From positions 22,714 to 86,713 of the forward strand of contig CAYVYJ010000004.1 in NCBI GenBank assembly GCA_964455085.1: a stretch of 64,000 nucleotides of DNA, in the 5' to 3' direction. The first letter of the stretch is position 1, and each line of letters starts with the position of its first letter. Positions 17,950-29,746 of this stretch are shown one piece after another. Made by a program: the position numbers and the translations under genes. Origin of the DNA: an uncultured Planctomycetia bacterium. Its GTDB lineage: Bacteria > Omnitrophota > Gorgyraeia > Duberdicusellales > 4484-171. Below the pieces are notes generated by a model. It was not told where the DNA came from, ran no database searches, and worked only from the letters and a program-made list of their open reading frames with translations.

Positions 17950-18783
17950 TTAATTATCTTTGGAGGAGGGTTCCCCTACCTTAAGGATACGATTCAATTT
18001 TAGACGGCAGGAAGCTTCAGCCTCTCCCTGGTACAAAAGATAAGAATACTTACCTTCCTGGAGAACACGCAGCGGTAGTATGTTCTCTTCCTTTAATCTG
18101 TTGGAAGAGGAAAAGTATCTTATCTTTAGGGTAGTCTTGTCATCCATCGCCTCTTTAAAAAGAAGTGTTTTATGGTCTTCTCCGGCCCGAAAAATTTCAT
18201 TATCGAGGCCATAGAGAGAGATGAACTCGTCTAACTTCTCTATTTGTTTCTCCTTAAAAATATCAATTAGCTTTAAAAAAATTTTATAAGCAACTAAAGC
18301 ATCGCCTGAGGCCCGATGCAGGCCTTGGCTGCAATCGATATTAAAAAACTTAGCGGTTGTCTCTAAGTTGTATCGTGGTAATTTAAGACCATCCCTGGCC
18401 ATAGCCAGAACATCTATAGCTGGCCCCTCGTAAGAGGAACGCCCAATCCTCTGCAACTGATGGTTAATAAATCCCATATCAAATCCCACGTTGTAAGCAC
18501 AGATTACACAGCCGTTTAAAAATCTGATCAGTCTATCAGCTATTTCCTCGAAACAAGGAGCATCTTTTAGCTCCTCATCTGATATTTTATGAACTTCATA
18601 AGCTTCTTGGGGCATTTTTTTTCTGGGATTAACCAGACTATGAAATTCATTAATAACTTTCCTATCCCGGACTTTAAGCGCCCCCACTTCGCATAAACAG
18701 TCTCCGGTCACCACATCTAAACCAGTGGTCTCCAAATCAAGGAAAACTAAATCAAAATCTTCGATGTTTTTGGTCAAATCCAT
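17950..18783 (-). CDS. DEDDh 3'-5' exonuclease (DnaQ/epsilon-like) with C-terminal extension
   Basis: VFLDLETTGLD Exo I motif, HRASGDA Exo III motif. Confidence 0.75.
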   Translation of the reverse strand: MDLTKNIEDFDLVFLDLETTGLDVVTGDCLCEVGALKVRDRKVINEFHSLVNPRKKMPQEAYEVHKISDEELKDAPCFEEIADRLIRFLNGCVICAYNVGFDMGFINHQLQRIGRSSYEGPAIDVLAMARDGLKLPRYNLETTAKFFNIDCSQGLHRASGDALVAYKIFLKLIDIFKEKQIEKLDEFISLYGLDNEIFRAGEDHKTLLFKEAMDDKTTLKIRYFSSSNRLKEENILPLRVLQEGKYSYLLYQGEAEASCRLKLNRILKVGEPSSKDN

Positions 18784-18792
18784 CTTAGCTAA

Positions 18793-19203
18793 TTAGGCAA
18801 TTATCTTGACTACAATCTTTCTATCCCGGGGGCGAGTATCGAAATCAATTAAAACTACCTGTTGCCAAGTTCCTAAATCGAGTTTACCGCTGGTTATCGA
18901 AACAAAAAGGTGAGTTTTAATAAAAGAACTCCTTAAATGAGAGTGCCCATTATCATCGGCCCAGGTAAAATTATGGCTATAATCACCTTTGTAGGGCAAG
19001 AGCTTCTCAAAAGTGTTTTTTAGATCTTTTATCAAGCCCCTCTCATACTCCATTGTAGTAAGTGCCGCTGTTGAGCCAATAACCGATAAAAATATAACCC
19101 CTTCCTTTATCTCGGCACCAGCTACAATCTTCCTCAAATCAGAGGTAATATCAATAATATCACTATTTCCTTTAGTTTTTACTCGTATGTATTTAGTTTT
19201 CAT
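18793..19203 (-). CDS. YjbQ/UPF0047-family protein (secondary thiamine-phosphate synthase-like)
   Basis: 136 aa; GHSHLRSS and overall YjbQ-like pattern. Confidence 0.7.
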   Translation of the reverse strand: MKTKYIRVKTKGNSDIIDITSDLRKIVAGAEIKEGVIFLSVIGSTAALTTMEYERGLIKDLKNTFEKLLPYKGDYSHNFTWADDNGHSHLRSSFIKTHLFVSITSGKLDLGTWQQVVLIDFDTRPRDRKIVVKIIA

Positions 19204-19222
19204 AGTTTATACCGGAAATAAT

Positions 19223-19543
19223 TTATTTTATTGTACTTCCTACGGCTACTTCTTTATCTAAAATTACCAAGCTAAGATCATCTTTACCCTGAGCCGCCAG
19301 CACCATACCTTCAGATAGAACGCCTCTAACATCTTTTGGTTCTAAATTGGTTAAAACAACTACAAGCTTATTCTCTAACTGCTCAGGCGAATAAAAAGGC
19401 TTGATGCCGGCCACGACCTGTACAACCTTATCCCCTAGGTCTACTTTTAGTAAATAAAGTTTCTCAGCGTCAGGATGAAAATTAACCTCTGAAATCTTTC
19501 CTACTTTTAAATCCAGTTTAGAAAAATCATCAAAACTAACCAT
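19223..19543 (-). CDS. Stand-alone tRNA-binding OB-fold protein (CsaA/Trbp111/EMAP-like)
   Basis: 106 aa; LDLKVGKISEV...AGIKPFYSPEQLENKLVVVLTNLEPKDVRGVLSEGMVLAA matches the Myf/tRNA_bind domain. Confidence 0.7.
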   Translation of the reverse strand: MVSFDDFSKLDLKVGKISEVNFHPDAEKLYLLKVDLGDKVVQVVAGIKPFYSPEQLENKLVVVLTNLEPKDVRGVLSEGMVLAAQGKDDLSLVILDKEVAVGSTIK

Positions 19544-19589
19544 TTTTTCTCCTTTTTTAAAGTTTTAAACCGGTGGGGGAGGTCGACTA

Positions 19590-19904
19590 TTAAATACCAA
19601 AGGCAATATCTTTTATTATGACCCAAAGCAGAATGATAATTATTATCGCCGAGACAAGATAAAAGTCATTAAAATAAAAAAATTCTCTTGCCCCTTCTAA
19701 AACGTGACCTTTTTTTTCGGGAAGATTATATTTTTTCTTTATTTTCGGCTTGAACTTTGTTATATCATCTTTCTTGAATCGCAAGAACTCTCCAGCCACT
19801 TTAAAGTGGGGTATAAGGTTCTTATTGGCTAGTTCAATTATATCCTTTTCAGAAATACCTAAGACCTGTGAAATCTCTCTGGTAGTAAAAAGTTTCTCTT
19901 TCAT
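19590..19904 (-). CDS. HTH (excisionase/MerR-like HTH_17) protein with C-terminal TM anchor
   Basis: TTREISQVLGISEKDIIELANKNLIP HTH plus a hydrophobic C-terminus (AIIIIILLWVII). Confidence 0.45.
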   Translation of the reverse strand: MKEKLFTTREISQVLGISEKDIIELANKNLIPHFKVAGEFLRFKKDDITKFKPKIKKKYNLPEKKGHVLEGAREFFYFNDFYLVSAIIIIILLWVIIKDIAFGI

Positions 19905-19972
19905 CTCTTAGTTATAATAATCTTTAAGCCTTGTGAAGTTTTACTTCAGCAAGATTGAAGTCTAAGATAATC

Positions 19973-20473
19973 TTAAGATTTATGGGCAACCCAGCTATCT
20001 ACTTCTCTGCGGTCAAATAATAACTTATTACCTTCTTTCTCTACGGGAATTTTTCCGCCTTCAACCCACTCTACAATTTTCTTCTCTTCAACCGAAAGAT
20101 AATCTGAGAGCTCTTCTAAGGAAATTCTTGCCTCAGCTGTCCGACACTTACCGTTAAAAATTGCTCCCTCATCAATAGAAATCTTAGGGACTTCTATATC
20201 GCCAATAACCTGGGCTGTGGAAAGAAGCTTAATGCTCTCCATTGCCTTAATATTCCCTTTGACCGTGCCAGCAATAGTTACTTTTTCTCCGATAATATTA
20301 GCCTTTACCGTGGCTGCCTGGCCAATAATAAGGCTACCCTTTGTGTCCAGACTACCCTCAAATTTACCATTGATTCGTAAATTCACAGGGTCGGAGAAAA
20401 CCAAGCTCCCTTTCATTGCTGCACTTACATCAAGAACTTTCTCCTCTTCTTTTCGTCTAGCCATCTTTTTCAC
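19973..20473 (-). CDS. Bactofilin-domain protein fused to a C-terminal HTH_17-like domain
   Basis: Repetitive beta-helical bactofilin pattern (GKFEGSLDTKGSLIIGQAATVKANIIGEKVTIAGTVKGNI). C-terminal LSVEEKKIVEWVEGGKIP resembles the HTH of the adjacent gene. Confidence 0.55.
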   Translation of the reverse strand: MKKMARRKEEEKVLDVSAAMKGSLVFSDPVNLRINGKFEGSLDTKGSLIIGQAATVKANIIGEKVTIAGTVKGNIKAMESIKLLSTAQVIGDIEVPKISIDEGAIFNGKCRTAEARISLEELSDYLSVEEKKIVEWVEGGKIPVEKEGNKLLFDRREVDSWVAHKS

Positions 20474-20489
20474 CCCCTAATAATTAATA

Positions 20490-20915
20490 TTAAATAGTTT
20501 CCTTTTCTAATTTTTTTAAAAACGAAAGGACTAAATAAGAAATCGCGGTAACAATTATCGCTCCGCTAATATACCCACAGCCTATAGCTAACCCAATTGC
20601 TGCACTAACCCAGATACTTGCCGCTGTAGTTAATCCCCGAACTCCCTCTTTACTGCGTATAATCGTTCCGGCACCCAAGAAACCAACGCCAGTAACTACT
20701 CCAGCAGCAATTCTTCCGGGATCAACAGCACCTAGTTCTTGATAAATATCATAGATATAAAGCGAAGTCAACATTATTAGGGTTGAACCTATAGTAACTA
20801 AGATATGAGTCCTTAAACCGGCTCCTCCACCTTTTTTTTGGCGCTCAAAACCAATTATACTACCTAAAACACAGGCAATTATTAAACGTAATGCTGTAGA
20901 GAATAAGTTTAACAT
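20490..20915 (-). CDS. MgtC/SapB-family membrane protein
   Basis: LRLIIACVLGSIIGFERQ motif, 141 aa. Confidence 0.75.
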   Translation of the reverse strand: MLNLFSTALRLIIACVLGSIIGFERQKKGGGAGLRTHILVTIGSTLIMLTSLYIYDIYQELGAVDPGRIAAGVVTGVGFLGAGTIIRSKEGVRGLTTAASIWVSAAIGLAIGCGYISGAIIVTAISYLVLSFLKKLEKETI

Positions 20916-20916
20916 A

Positions 20917-21906
20917 TTAGTTGGCCTGGGCTTTTAAGTTTAGACCACACTCCTTCTTTTTCTTATTATACAGGTAAAATCCTAATCCTGCAACTATTGC
21001 AGCATTATCCCCAGTATACTCAAGTGGCGCCATGCGAACCTCAATTCCTTGCCTCTCCTCCTGTTTAAGCCGCCGGCGTAAGTATTTATTGGCAACGACC
21101 CCACCACCACAGACTATCCTTTTAATTCTTAGCTTATCTTTAGCCTCCAGGATTGTTTTAATGATTGTTTCAATAACCGCGTATTGAAAAGAAGAAACAA
21201 GCTTTTTCTTCATCTTTGAATCAAAAATACCTTTTTCTTCCAATTCTTTCTTTTTATAAATAAGCCCAGTCTTTATCCCGCTAAAACTTAAATCCAACCC
21301 TATCTTCCCACACTTAAAACTAAAATCATCTTTATACCGGGGGTTAAAAAGTTTATCAATAACTGGTCCTCCGGGATAACCTAGATTGTAAGCTTTAGCT
21401 ATCTTATCAAAGACCTCCCCGCAAGCATCATCACGAGTCTGTCCTAAAATCTTTATTTTGTCAAAATCGTCTACTCGATAAATTTCAGTATGACCACCGG
21501 AGATCACGACTCCTAAAAAAGGAAACTTCAATCTCTGCTGATAGTTTAAGAAGGGAGCAAAAATATGGGCATGAAGATGATTAACCCCAATAAGAGGCTT
21601 CTTAAGAGCCAAAGATAAAGCTTTAGCAAAGTTTAGCCCAACAACCAAGGCGCCCAGGAGGCCAGGTTTATAAGTCACCGAAATTAAATCCAATCTTTCC
21701 AAAGATATGCCGGCAACTTTACAGGCAGCTGCTAAGACTTTGTCGATATTCTCCAGGTGTGCCCGGGTAGCTATCTCAGGAACTATACCTCCGTACTTCT
21801 TATGCTCTCTTAAAGAAGATAGGGTAATGCTGGAGAGGACTTGATAATCTCTTAAGATTGCACAGGAAGTTTCATCGCAAGAAGTTTCAATACCTAATAT
21901 ATACAT
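20917..21906 (-). CDS. tsaD: tRNA N6-adenosine threonylcarbamoyltransferase TsaD
   Basis: MYILGIETSCDETSCAI, HxxAH metal motif (HLHAH), 329 aa. Confidence 0.9.
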   Translation of the reverse strand: MYILGIETSCDETSCAILRDYQVLSSITLSSLREHKKYGGIVPEIATRAHLENIDKVLAAACKVAGISLERLDLISVTYKPGLLGALVVGLNFAKALSLALKKPLIGVNHLHAHIFAPFLNYQQRLKFPFLGVVISGGHTEIYRVDDFDKIKILGQTRDDACGEVFDKIAKAYNLGYPGGPVIDKLFNPRYKDDFSFKCGKIGLDLSFSGIKTGLIYKKKELEEKGIFDSKMKKKLVSSFQYAVIETIIKTILEAKDKLRIKRIVCGGGVVANKYLRRRLKQEERQGIEVRMAPLEYTGDNAAIVAGLGFYLYNKKKKECGLNLKAQAN

Positions 21907-21982
21907 ATTATTATAAAGATAGTGGTTAAAAAGAAGAAGGATAAATTAAAGGGCTATTAAAACAGAACCTGGAGTCTCCTCT

Positions 21983-23206
21983 TCATCCTTGCTCCTTACC
22001 TTTTAAGATAAGGATACCTTTAATGAGATCTAAAGCTCTTACTATCTGGGAATCTTTTTTATAATCAAAGTCTTGCTTCCTGTCTAATTCCTTAAACACG
22101 TCATCTTTTGATCTCTCAATTGCTTCTTTAACTAATTCAATATCGGGTTCGATTCCTTTCTCATGAATACTTACTTCGGCCGGAGTGTAATATTTAGAAG
22201 TGGTAAGCCGCATGGCCGAGCCGTCAGATAAAGGCAGTATTGTTTGAACTGACCCCTTGCCAAAAGTCGTCTCACCAATAAGAATTGCCCGGTTGTTGTC
22301 ACGCAAGGCTGCAGCAAGAATCTCGCTTCCCGAAGCACTACCTTTATTGATCAATACTACCATCGGAATATCAATATACTTCTTTCTAAACGGTACAGCA
22401 CTATATAGTTTCTCATCTTCACTCCTTGAATCAGTGGATACCACGACTTTTCCGTCTTCTAGGAATTTACTGGATATGTCTATGGCTGAGTTAAGCAATC
22501 CTCCGGGGTTATTTCTTACATCAATAACCAAAGCTTTTAGACCTTCTTCCTCCAACTCCGCTAAGGCTTTGCATAGGTCTTTATAGGTAGATTCTCTAAA
22601 CTCGCCTATTTTTATGTAACCAACACCATCTTCAAGGATCAACGATCTTTTTATGTCTTTTATCTTTATTATATCTCTTACAATAGTTATATCCTCGACT
22701 AATCTATTTCCTTCTCTCAATACAGTTAAAGTAACTTCGCTTTCGGGATCGCCACGTAATTGTTTAACTGCTTCGTTTAAGGTAATATCTTTGGTTGATT
22801 CACCGTCGATCTTAATAATAATATCTCCGGCTTCAATCCCGGCTCGCCAGGCTGGTGTGTCTTCTATGGGAGAAACAATAGTCAGAAGACCGTTTCTTAT
22901 GGTAATCTCAATCCCTAAACCGCCAAATTTACCTTCTGTTTCAACCAGAAGATTCTTGTAATCTTCAGGAGTCAAAAATTGACTATAGGCATCTAAAGAC
23001 AAGGCTAGCCCTCTCATCGCTCCATAGACTAAATCTTCGGGAGTTTTTTCTTCTACATATTTTCCCTCAATAACCGCTAACCCTTCAGCAAATATCTCTA
23101 ACTCCCGATACAAATCATCCTTCTCGCTGCTGAAAGAAATTCCAACCTTATAAGCGGAGATAGCTATGGTTAAGGTGACTGCAAGAATAACGAATCTTCT
23201 TCTCAT
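21983..23206 (-). CDS. ctpA: Carboxyl-terminal processing protease (S41, CtpA-like) with PDZ domain
   Basis: PDZ region plus GSASGSEILAAAL / TFGKGSVQ S41 catalytic motifs. Confidence 0.85.
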   Translation of the reverse strand: MRRRFVILAVTLTIAISAYKVGISFSSEKDDLYRELEIFAEGLAVIEGKYVEEKTPEDLVYGAMRGLALSLDAYSQFLTPEDYKNLLVETEGKFGGLGIEITIRNGLLTIVSPIEDTPAWRAGIEAGDIIIKIDGESTKDITLNEAVKQLRGDPESEVTLTVLREGNRLVEDITIVRDIIKIKDIKRSLILEDGVGYIKIGEFRESTYKDLCKALAELEEEGLKALVIDVRNNPGGLLNSAIDISSKFLEDGKVVVSTDSRSEDEKLYSAVPFRKKYIDIPMVVLINKGSASGSEILAAALRDNNRAILIGETTFGKGSVQTILPLSDGSAMRLTTSKYYTPAEVSIHEKGIEPDIELVKEAIERSKDDVFKELDRKQDFDYKKDSQIVRALDLIKGILILKGKEQG

Positions 23207-24621
23207 TTCTCTATCCTCCTTTTTATCATCTCTCTTGCTACCTGGGGATTGGCTTTACCCTTACTCTTCTTCATTACCTGCCCCACAAGAAACATTATTG
23301 CCTGATTCTTGCCCTCTAAATACTCTTTAACCGGTTTGGGGTTCTCTTTAATAACCTCTTCGACAAAAATATCTAACTCGCCTTCACCGGATAGCTGCCT
23401 AAGACCTTCTCTTTCAATAATCTTATCTATATCCTCATCAGTAGTAATACTCAAAAAAAGAGCTTTTTTCGCCGTAATATTGTTCAGTCTCCCTTCTTTG
23501 AAGTATTTTACTATTTGGGCGAACTTTTCTGCCGATATTTTCACCGAACTGAACCCACCCTCTAAACTATTTACCTGCTCAAGAAAGGGACCAATCAGCC
23601 AGTTAGATACCTCCTGCGGCTTAGGATAAAACTTAACCGCGGCTTCAAAAAAATCAGCTAGCCAGCGGTCAGACAGAAGTATATCTATTTCATTAGGTCC
23701 GATTTTGTAATCTTCTAAAAATCTCTTTCTCTTCCTAAGAGGCAACTCTCCTACCAAATCCTTCTCTTGCTTAATAAACTCATCGGAAATGGAGAAATCT
23801 AGAAGATCGGGTTCGGGAAAATAACGGTAGTCATGGGCCTCTTCTTTGCTGCGCATAACTATTGTCATTAGTTTATCCACATCCCACAATCTTGTCTCTT
23901 GGGTTATTTTTTCTCCCTGCCCTATTGCTTTAGCCTGTCTCTTTACCTCGAATTCTAAAGCCGCCTTAACTCCTCTAAAACTATTCATGTTTTTCAGCTC
24001 TACTTTCGTGCCCAGTGCAGCGTCTCCCGGCTTGCGCAGCGAAATATTAGCATCACAGCGTAAAGACCCTTTCTCCATATCACAATCAGAAGCATTGATG
24101 TATTGAAGGATTAACTTCAAAGAAGACAGATATTCAAAAGCTTCCTCAGGGCTCCCTATATCCGGTTCAGTTACAATTTCTAACAGCGGTGTGCCAGTAC
24201 GATTAAAATCTACCCAGGAATAACCTTGCTTGTGGATAAGTTTACCGGCATCCTCTTCCATATGTACTCTGTTTATATTTATCTTTTTACCAGAAGGGAG
24301 TCTTAAGAATCCTGCCTCACCTAAAGGCATCTTATACTGAGAAATTTGATAATCTTTAGGCAGGTCGGGATAAAAATAGTTCTTACGCTCAAAATATATA
24401 CTTTTATTAATCTTACAATTCAAAGCCAAAGAAACCCTTATGGCCAATTTTAAAACTTTTTTGTTGAAGACCGGTAACACTCCGGGATACCCGCAACAAA
24501 CCGGACAAATATTAGTATTGGGAGGGCTCTCGAATTTCGTAGAGCAAGAACAGAAAATCTTTGATTCTGTCTTCAACTGAGTGTGAACTTCCAGACCAAT
24601 TATAACTTCAAAATCATTCAT
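23203..24621 (-). CDS. gatB: Asp/Glu-tRNA amidotransferase subunit B
   Basis: Characteristic GatB N-terminus ([12 protein letters not shown]), 472 aa, adjacent to gatA and gatC. Confidence 0.9.
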   Translation of the reverse strand: MNDFEVIIGLEVHTQLKTESKIFCSCSTKFESPPNTNICPVCCGYPGVLPVFNKKVLKLAIRVSLALNCKINKSIYFERKNYFYPDLPKDYQISQYKMPLGEAGFLRLPSGKKININRVHMEEDAGKLIHKQGYSWVDFNRTGTPLLEIVTEPDIGSPEEAFEYLSSLKLILQYINASDCDMEKGSLRCDANISLRKPGDAALGTKVELKNMNSFRGVKAALEFEVKRQAKAIGQGEKITQETRLWDVDKLMTIVMRSKEEAHDYRYFPEPDLLDFSISDEFIKQEKDLVGELPLRKRKRFLEDYKIGPNEIDILLSDRWLADFFEAAVKFYPKPQEVSNWLIGPFLEQVNSLEGGFSSVKISAEKFAQIVKYFKEGRLNNITAKKALFLSITTDEDIDKIIEREGLRQLSGEGELDIFVEEVIKENPKPVKEYLEGKNQAIMFLVGQVMKKSKGKANPQVAREMIKRRIEK

Positions 24622-26047
24622 GATGAATCTTGGGTATTTTCTTATGAAAATCCGTACTAGCTTGAAAAACCGAACCTAATCTCAGAAGAGTAAACTCATC
24701 AAATTCCTTTCCAATCAGTTGGGCTCCAATCGGTAACTTATCATTAGAGAATCCGCAAGGAAAAGATACGGCTGGTAACCCGGCTAGATTTGTAGAAATA
24801 GTATAAATATCTGATAAATACATGCTTAAAGGATCGTTTGTTTTTTCACCAATTTTAAAAGCAGTTGTTGGCGCAGTAGGTGTAAGGATAGCATCAACTT
24901 TTTCGAAGGCTTGATCAAAATCGCCTTTGATCAACCTCCTCACTTTAAGAGCTTTTAGGTAGTAAGCATCGTAGTAGCCGCTGGAAAGACTGTGGGTACC
25001 CAAGAAGATTCTCCTCTTTGACTCAGCGCCAAAACCCTGCCCCCGGCTCTCGGCATAAAGGTCCTCCAAATTACTGTTCTTTACTCTTACCCCATACCTT
25101 ATTCCGTCAAATCTCTGGAGGTTAGAACTTGCCTCTGAGGAAGCAATGATATAATAGGTGGCCACAGCATATTCGGTGTGCGGCAAACTCACTTCGATGA
25201 ACTTTACCCCCTTGGCCTCAAAAACCTTCTTTGCCCTATTGACTGCCTCTCTGACCTCTTGACTTAATCCCTGCTGAAAATACTCTTTAGGTATTCCTAT
25301 TTTTATGTCGTCAATATCACTATTCAAAGCTTCCTTAAAATCAGGTACCTTGAGAGACACTGATGTTGAGTCTTTGTCATCCTGACCACAGATGATGTTG
25401 AGAAGATACGCGCAGTCGGTAAAATTGGTAGTTATCGGCCCGATCTGATCTAAGCTTGAACCAAAAGCAATTAAACCCCAACGGGAAACCCGACCATAAG
25501 TAGGCTTAAAGCCGACTACTCCACAAAAACAAGCTGGTTGCCGGATTGAACCTCCGGTATCAGAACCCAAGGCAAAAGGAACCAAACGAGCTGCCACTGC
25601 TGCTGCGGAACCTCCGCTTGAGCCACCAGAAACTTTAGTTATGTCCCAAGGATTTCTTGTCGGTCCGTAACAAGAGTTCTCAGTAGATGAACCAAAAGCA
25701 AACTCGTCCATATTTGTAGTCCCGATAATGCTTAAGCCGGCACGCTTTAATCTTCTTATAACCTCGGCATCATAGACGGCTAAGTGGGTGGAAAGAATTC
25801 GGGAAGCACAGGTAATTTTCTTTCCCTTTATGCAGATATTATCTTTTATAGCAATCGGCAAATTGGCGAGCGGAGAACTTCCTTCTCCGATAATCGGCTG
25901 TTTATAGACTTCTACGAAACTTCGCAGAGAAGAATCGTACTTTTTGATTCTTTCTGTGAACAATGAGTGGACCTCTTCCGGTTTTAGTTGGCCAGAACTA
26001 ATTCTTTCTCCGATTGCGCTGGCTGTCAGATTAATTAAGTCTTCCAT
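24614..26047 (-). CDS. gatA: Glutamyl-tRNA(Gln) amidotransferase subunit A (amidase signature)
   Basis: [13 protein letters not shown] amidase signature, 477 aa. Confidence 0.9.
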   Translation of the reverse strand: MEDLINLTASAIGERISSGQLKPEEVHSLFTERIKKYDSSLRSFVEVYKQPIIGEGSSPLANLPIAIKDNICIKGKKITCASRILSTHLAVYDAEVIRRLKRAGLSIIGTTNMDEFAFGSSTENSCYGPTRNPWDITKVSGGSSGGSAAAVAARLVPFALGSDTGGSIRQPACFCGVVGFKPTYGRVSRWGLIAFGSSLDQIGPITTNFTDCAYLLNIICGQDDKDSTSVSLKVPDFKEALNSDIDDIKIGIPKEYFQQGLSQEVREAVNRAKKVFEAKGVKFIEVSLPHTEYAVATYYIIASSEASSNLQRFDGIRYGVRVKNSNLEDLYAESRGQGFGAESKRRIFLGTHSLSSGYYDAYYLKALKVRRLIKGDFDQAFEKVDAILTPTAPTTAFKIGEKTNDPLSMYLSDIYTISTNLAGLPAVSFPCGFSNDKLPIGAQLIGKEFDEFTLLRLGSVFQASTDFHKKIPKIHHE

Positions 26048-26338
26048 CTACTCGATAACTGTGGGAATTTTAAAATAATCATTCTCTCGTGAAGGAGAAT
26101 TTTTTAAAATGTCATCCCGAGAAGTCGAAGGAATAGCCTTATCTTCTCGAAAAATATTCTCCGGGATATGTAAACCCCGTAAGGGTTCAACACCCTCTAC
26201 ATCCAGCTCTTTTAACTTATCAATATAGCCGATAATCTTAGAAAGCTGCTCACTTAAAGCTTCCTTTTCCTGAGAAGTTATCTTTATTCTAGCTAACTTG
26301 GCTACATATTCTACGTTTTCTTTATTTTTTTCCTTCAT
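26048..26338 (-). CDS. gatC: Glutamyl-tRNA(Gln) amidotransferase subunit C
   Basis: 96 aa, position upstream of gatA, typical GatC composition. Confidence 0.8.
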   Translation of the reverse strand: MKEKNKENVEYVAKLARIKITSQEKEALSEQLSKIIGYIDKLKELDVEGVEPLRGLHIPENIFREDKAIPSTSRDDILKNSPSRENDYFKIPTVIE

Positions 26339-26356
26339 AATTTATCCTTATCTTCA

Positions 26357-27901
26357 TCAAGAAGGATGTAATTTGCCGCGAAAGAGAGTAAGTTCTAAAA
26401 ATGTTTGGAGGCGACGTGACCGACTAGGCCGCCTTAATTTCTTGAGAGCTTTAGCTTCAATTTGTCTTATCCGCTCACGAGTAACCTTAAAAATAGTTCC
26501 TACTTCCTCAAGAGTCTTAGGGCTGCCGTCTTCGAGCCCAAATCTTAAGGTAAGAATATTTCTCTCCCGTTCGGTCAAACTGTCCATCGCCTGCCCTAAT
26601 TCCTCCTTAAGCATTGAGAAGACAGTTGCATTAGCCGGCGATACAGCCTTTTTGTCCTCAATAAAATCACCGAAAGAAGTGTCTCCATCATCGCCAATCG
26701 GCGTATGTATAGATATCGGTTGCTGTGATACCTTAATAATATCTTTTATCTTAGAAACCGGGAGCCTTAACTCTTTTGCTAACTCATCAGGGGTAGGTTC
26801 TTTGCCTTTCTCCTGAATAAAAAGCCGCGAGATTCGAATTATTTTGTTAATTGTCTCAGTCATATGCACAGGAATTCTAATCGTCCGGGCCTGATCAGCA
26901 ATAGCTCGAGTTATTGCCTGTCTTATCCACCAAGTAGCATAAGTAGAAAATTTATATCCTCGCTTGTACTCAAACTTCTCTACTGCTTTAATAAGTCCAA
27001 TATTTCCCTCTTGAATTAAATCTAAGAAAGAAAGACCCCGGTTTACGTATTTCTTAGCTATACTTACTACTAATCGTAAATTCGCCTCAACAAGAGTGCT
27101 CTTAGCGTGATTATAAAGCCGGCTCTTCTCTAAGATAGCCCGCATCTTATCTCTTACCTCTTCCTTGCCGAATCCAAGTTGCCTTATGCGTTTATTTTTT
27201 TGCCGTATTAAGCTGCGTTTCTGGCCAAGCTTACTCTTACTCCTCCCCTTTATCTTATCAATCTTTCTCTTTATCCGTTCAGCTTCACGGACAACTTCTT
27301 TAGTCTTAGAAATTATCTCTTCTATTATTCCGATGGTAAAGTTAAAACCTTTAAGGACTGCTTTCTGGCTTTCGGCTCTTTTAATCCTAACTAATTTGTT
27401 GTAGAGTTTTCGTATCCTCTTGACTTCTTTTTCCTTGCTCTTAATCTCTCCCTTAACAAAATCATCAGGGTTAAGCTGATCTTTGAGCAACTGTTTAGAG
27501 ATATCGATAAATGTATTTCGCGATATGCCGGTAGAAAAAACTTCGTCACGCAAAATCTCTTCGGTATCTTCAATTTTCTTTGCTAATCGTATTTCTTCGT
27601 CTCGTGAAAGCAAAGGAATTTGGCCCATCTGCTTAAGATACATCTTAACCGGATCATCTACCGGCTGGGATACGGGGGTGACTTGTTTTTTCTTTTCCTT
27701 CTCCCACTCAGCAACTTCTCTTGTCTCTAACACACTAATATCCTTACTATCTAGATGTTCAAAGATCGTATCTAAAGCCTTGACGTTTATTATTTCCTCC
27801 GAAAGGAAATGATTTATCTCATCGTAAGTAAGATACCCCTTCTTTTTTCCCAGATCAATTAACTGCTTTATGCTTCTCTCTAAAAGTTTTTTCTTAACCA
27901 T
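26357..27901 (-). CDS. rpoD: RNA polymerase sigma-70 factor RpoD
   Basis: Regions 1.2-4 including the [34 protein letters not shown] and TLEEVG motifs. 8-nt overlap with dnaG. Confidence 0.9.
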   Translation of the reverse strand: MVKKKLLERSIKQLIDLGKKKGYLTYDEINHFLSEEIINVKALDTIFEHLDSKDISVLETREVAEWEKEKKKQVTPVSQPVDDPVKMYLKQMGQIPLLSRDEEIRLAKKIEDTEEILRDEVFSTGISRNTFIDISKQLLKDQLNPDDFVKGEIKSKEKEVKRIRKLYNKLVRIKRAESQKAVLKGFNFTIGIIEEIISKTKEVVREAERIKRKIDKIKGRSKSKLGQKRSLIRQKNKRIRQLGFGKEEVRDKMRAILEKSRLYNHAKSTLVEANLRLVVSIAKKYVNRGLSFLDLIQEGNIGLIKAVEKFEYKRGYKFSTYATWWIRQAITRAIADQARTIRIPVHMTETINKIIRISRLFIQEKGKEPTPDELAKELRLPVSKIKDIIKVSQQPISIHTPIGDDGDTSFGDFIEDKKAVSPANATVFSMLKEELGQAMDSLTERERNILTLRFGLEDGSPKTLEEVGTIFKVTRERIRQIEAKALKKLRRPSRSRRLQTFLELTLFRGKLHPS

Positions 27902-29738
27902 TCCGTACCTCGCTATTAATCCGGCTATATTGGCGCATCAATTCTTTTAACTTTTGTTTATCACCTCTTACCTCGGCTTCCTTTATTTGGTCCTTCAACC
28001 TTTTTTTTACCTCTACCGCACCTCTTTTGCGAAGTTTTATCAAACTTTCTTTAAAAGTATTCTTATCTAAAGGGATATCGTCGTCCATTAAAATCTTGGA
28101 GATAAAACCGCTAATTTCTTTATCTTTGATTGTTCCTAATAATTTCTGCATCGAGCTATTCTCTTCAGTAGAATAAGTGTTAAAGAGAAAAGAAATGGTT
28201 TTCTGAGCTAGATATGAATGAAAGTACTCCCTTTTTAAATTCTTTCTCACCAGAGAAAAGGCCTTAGGGTTAGTGAGTATAAATTTAACTAGAACTTTTT
28301 CGGTGACCGACAAAGGCTCATTATTCAAATTTGTCCTTTTATCCCCGTAAGGGGTAGATGAAGGATACTTCTTGTAAATATTACTTTTCTTGGCCAGGTT
28401 ATTCCGGAATTCTGCAATCATGATCTCCTCTTTAACCCCCAAACTTCCGGCAAGTTTTCTGATATACTCATACTTTTGAACTTCGCTATTCAACTTCTCC
28501 AGGGTAGCAAGTATGTTCTTGGCAATTTTTGTCTTCCCCTCAATAGTTTCGGCATCATAAGTCTTCCTCAAACTGGCTAATTTGTGATCAAAAAAATCAA
28601 GTTTATTGCTTAATAACTGTGAAAAATAATCCTTACCCCTATGCCGAACTAATGAATCCGGGTCAGAGCCTTCAGGCAGGCTTACTACCTTAGCGCTTAA
28701 ATCATTTTCCAGAAGTAAGTCTATCGACCTTGCGGTAGCGACTTCACCAGCTTTATCAGAATCATACACCAGAATTACACAAGAGGCGTATCGTTTAATC
28801 AAGCGGATTTGTTCAATGGTAAGGGCCGTACCTAAAGAAGCTACGATATTCTTTATTCCCCTCATAAAAGGGGTAATCATATCTGAATAACCTTCAACCA
28901 CGATTACAATATCTTCTTTACCAATTTCATCCTTAGAAAAATTAAGTCCAAAAAGGTGTTCTCGCTTGCTGTAAAGAGCATTCTCTAAAGAATTAATATA
29001 TTTAGGAGAGTTGTTAGCTTCAACCCAGGTTCGGGCACCAAAACCAACGATACGGGAACGGACATCAAAAATGGGAAAAATGATTCTATCTTGAAACAAA
29101 TCGCGAAAACTTCCTCTGGCTGATGTAATCAACGATGCTTTTTCTAAAACCTCTAAGGTAAATCCTTCTTTACGCATATACTGAAGAAGGGAATTTCTGC
29201 CGGGAGCAAAACCGAGTTGAAATTTATTAATCGTCTCAGGTCCTACACCCCTTTTACTTAAATAAGCACGGACAGGCTGACACTTCTGGCTTTTAGTTAA
29301 ATTATTATGAAAGAATAAACCAGCCTTATGCGTAGCCTCATAGAGAATGTCCTTGGTTTTAGTGCTCTTACCCCTCTGATAAGGTATTGCTAAACCCAAT
29401 CGCTTGGCTAACATTTCTACGGCCTCGGGAAAACTTATCTTCTCGATAAGGGTCAAAAATTGAAAAATGCCTCCACCTTCACCGCAGCCAAAACAATGGA
29501 AAATTTGTTTCTGGGGACTTACGATAAAAGAAGGAGTTTTTTCGCCGTGAAAGGGGCAAATTGCTTTAAAATTTCTACCGGTTCGCTTCAAGGGAATGTA
29601 GCTAGAAATTAAATCAGCAATGTCAGTTCGAGACTGAACTTCTTCTATAAATGGTTGGGGAATCATACCTCTGATTAGCAAATGGGTGAAAGAGTGAATA
29701 AGCAAATAGGCTAATGGTGTATTCGCCCATATACACAT
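27894..29738 (-). CDS. dnaG: DNA primase DnaG
   Basis: [11 protein letters not shown] zinc finger and TOPRIM (VEGYSD), 614 aa. Confidence 0.9.
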   Translation of the reverse strand: MCIWANTPLAYLLIHSFTHLLIRGMIPQPFIEEVQSRTDIADLISSYIPLKRTGRNFKAICPFHGEKTPSFIVSPQKQIFHCFGCGEGGGIFQFLTLIEKISFPEAVEMLAKRLGLAIPYQRGKSTKTKDILYEATHKAGLFFHNNLTKSQKCQPVRAYLSKRGVGPETINKFQLGFAPGRNSLLQYMRKEGFTLEVLEKASLITSARGSFRDLFQDRIIFPIFDVRSRIVGFGARTWVEANNSPKYINSLENALYSKREHLFGLNFSKDEIGKEDIVIVVEGYSDMITPFMRGIKNIVASLGTALTIEQIRLIKRYASCVILVYDSDKAGEVATARSIDLLLENDLSAKVVSLPEGSDPDSLVRHRGKDYFSQLLSNKLDFFDHKLASLRKTYDAETIEGKTKIAKNILATLEKLNSEVQKYEYIRKLAGSLGVKEEIMIAEFRNNLAKKSNIYKKYPSSTPYGDKRTNLNNEPLSVTEKVLVKFILTNPKAFSLVRKNLKREYFHSYLAQKTISFLFNTYSTEENSSMQKLLGTIKDKEISGFISKILMDDDIPLDKNTFKESLIKLRKRGAVEVKKRLKDQIKEAEVRGDKQKLKELMRQYSRINSEVRNG

Positions 29739-29746
29739 TAACCCGT

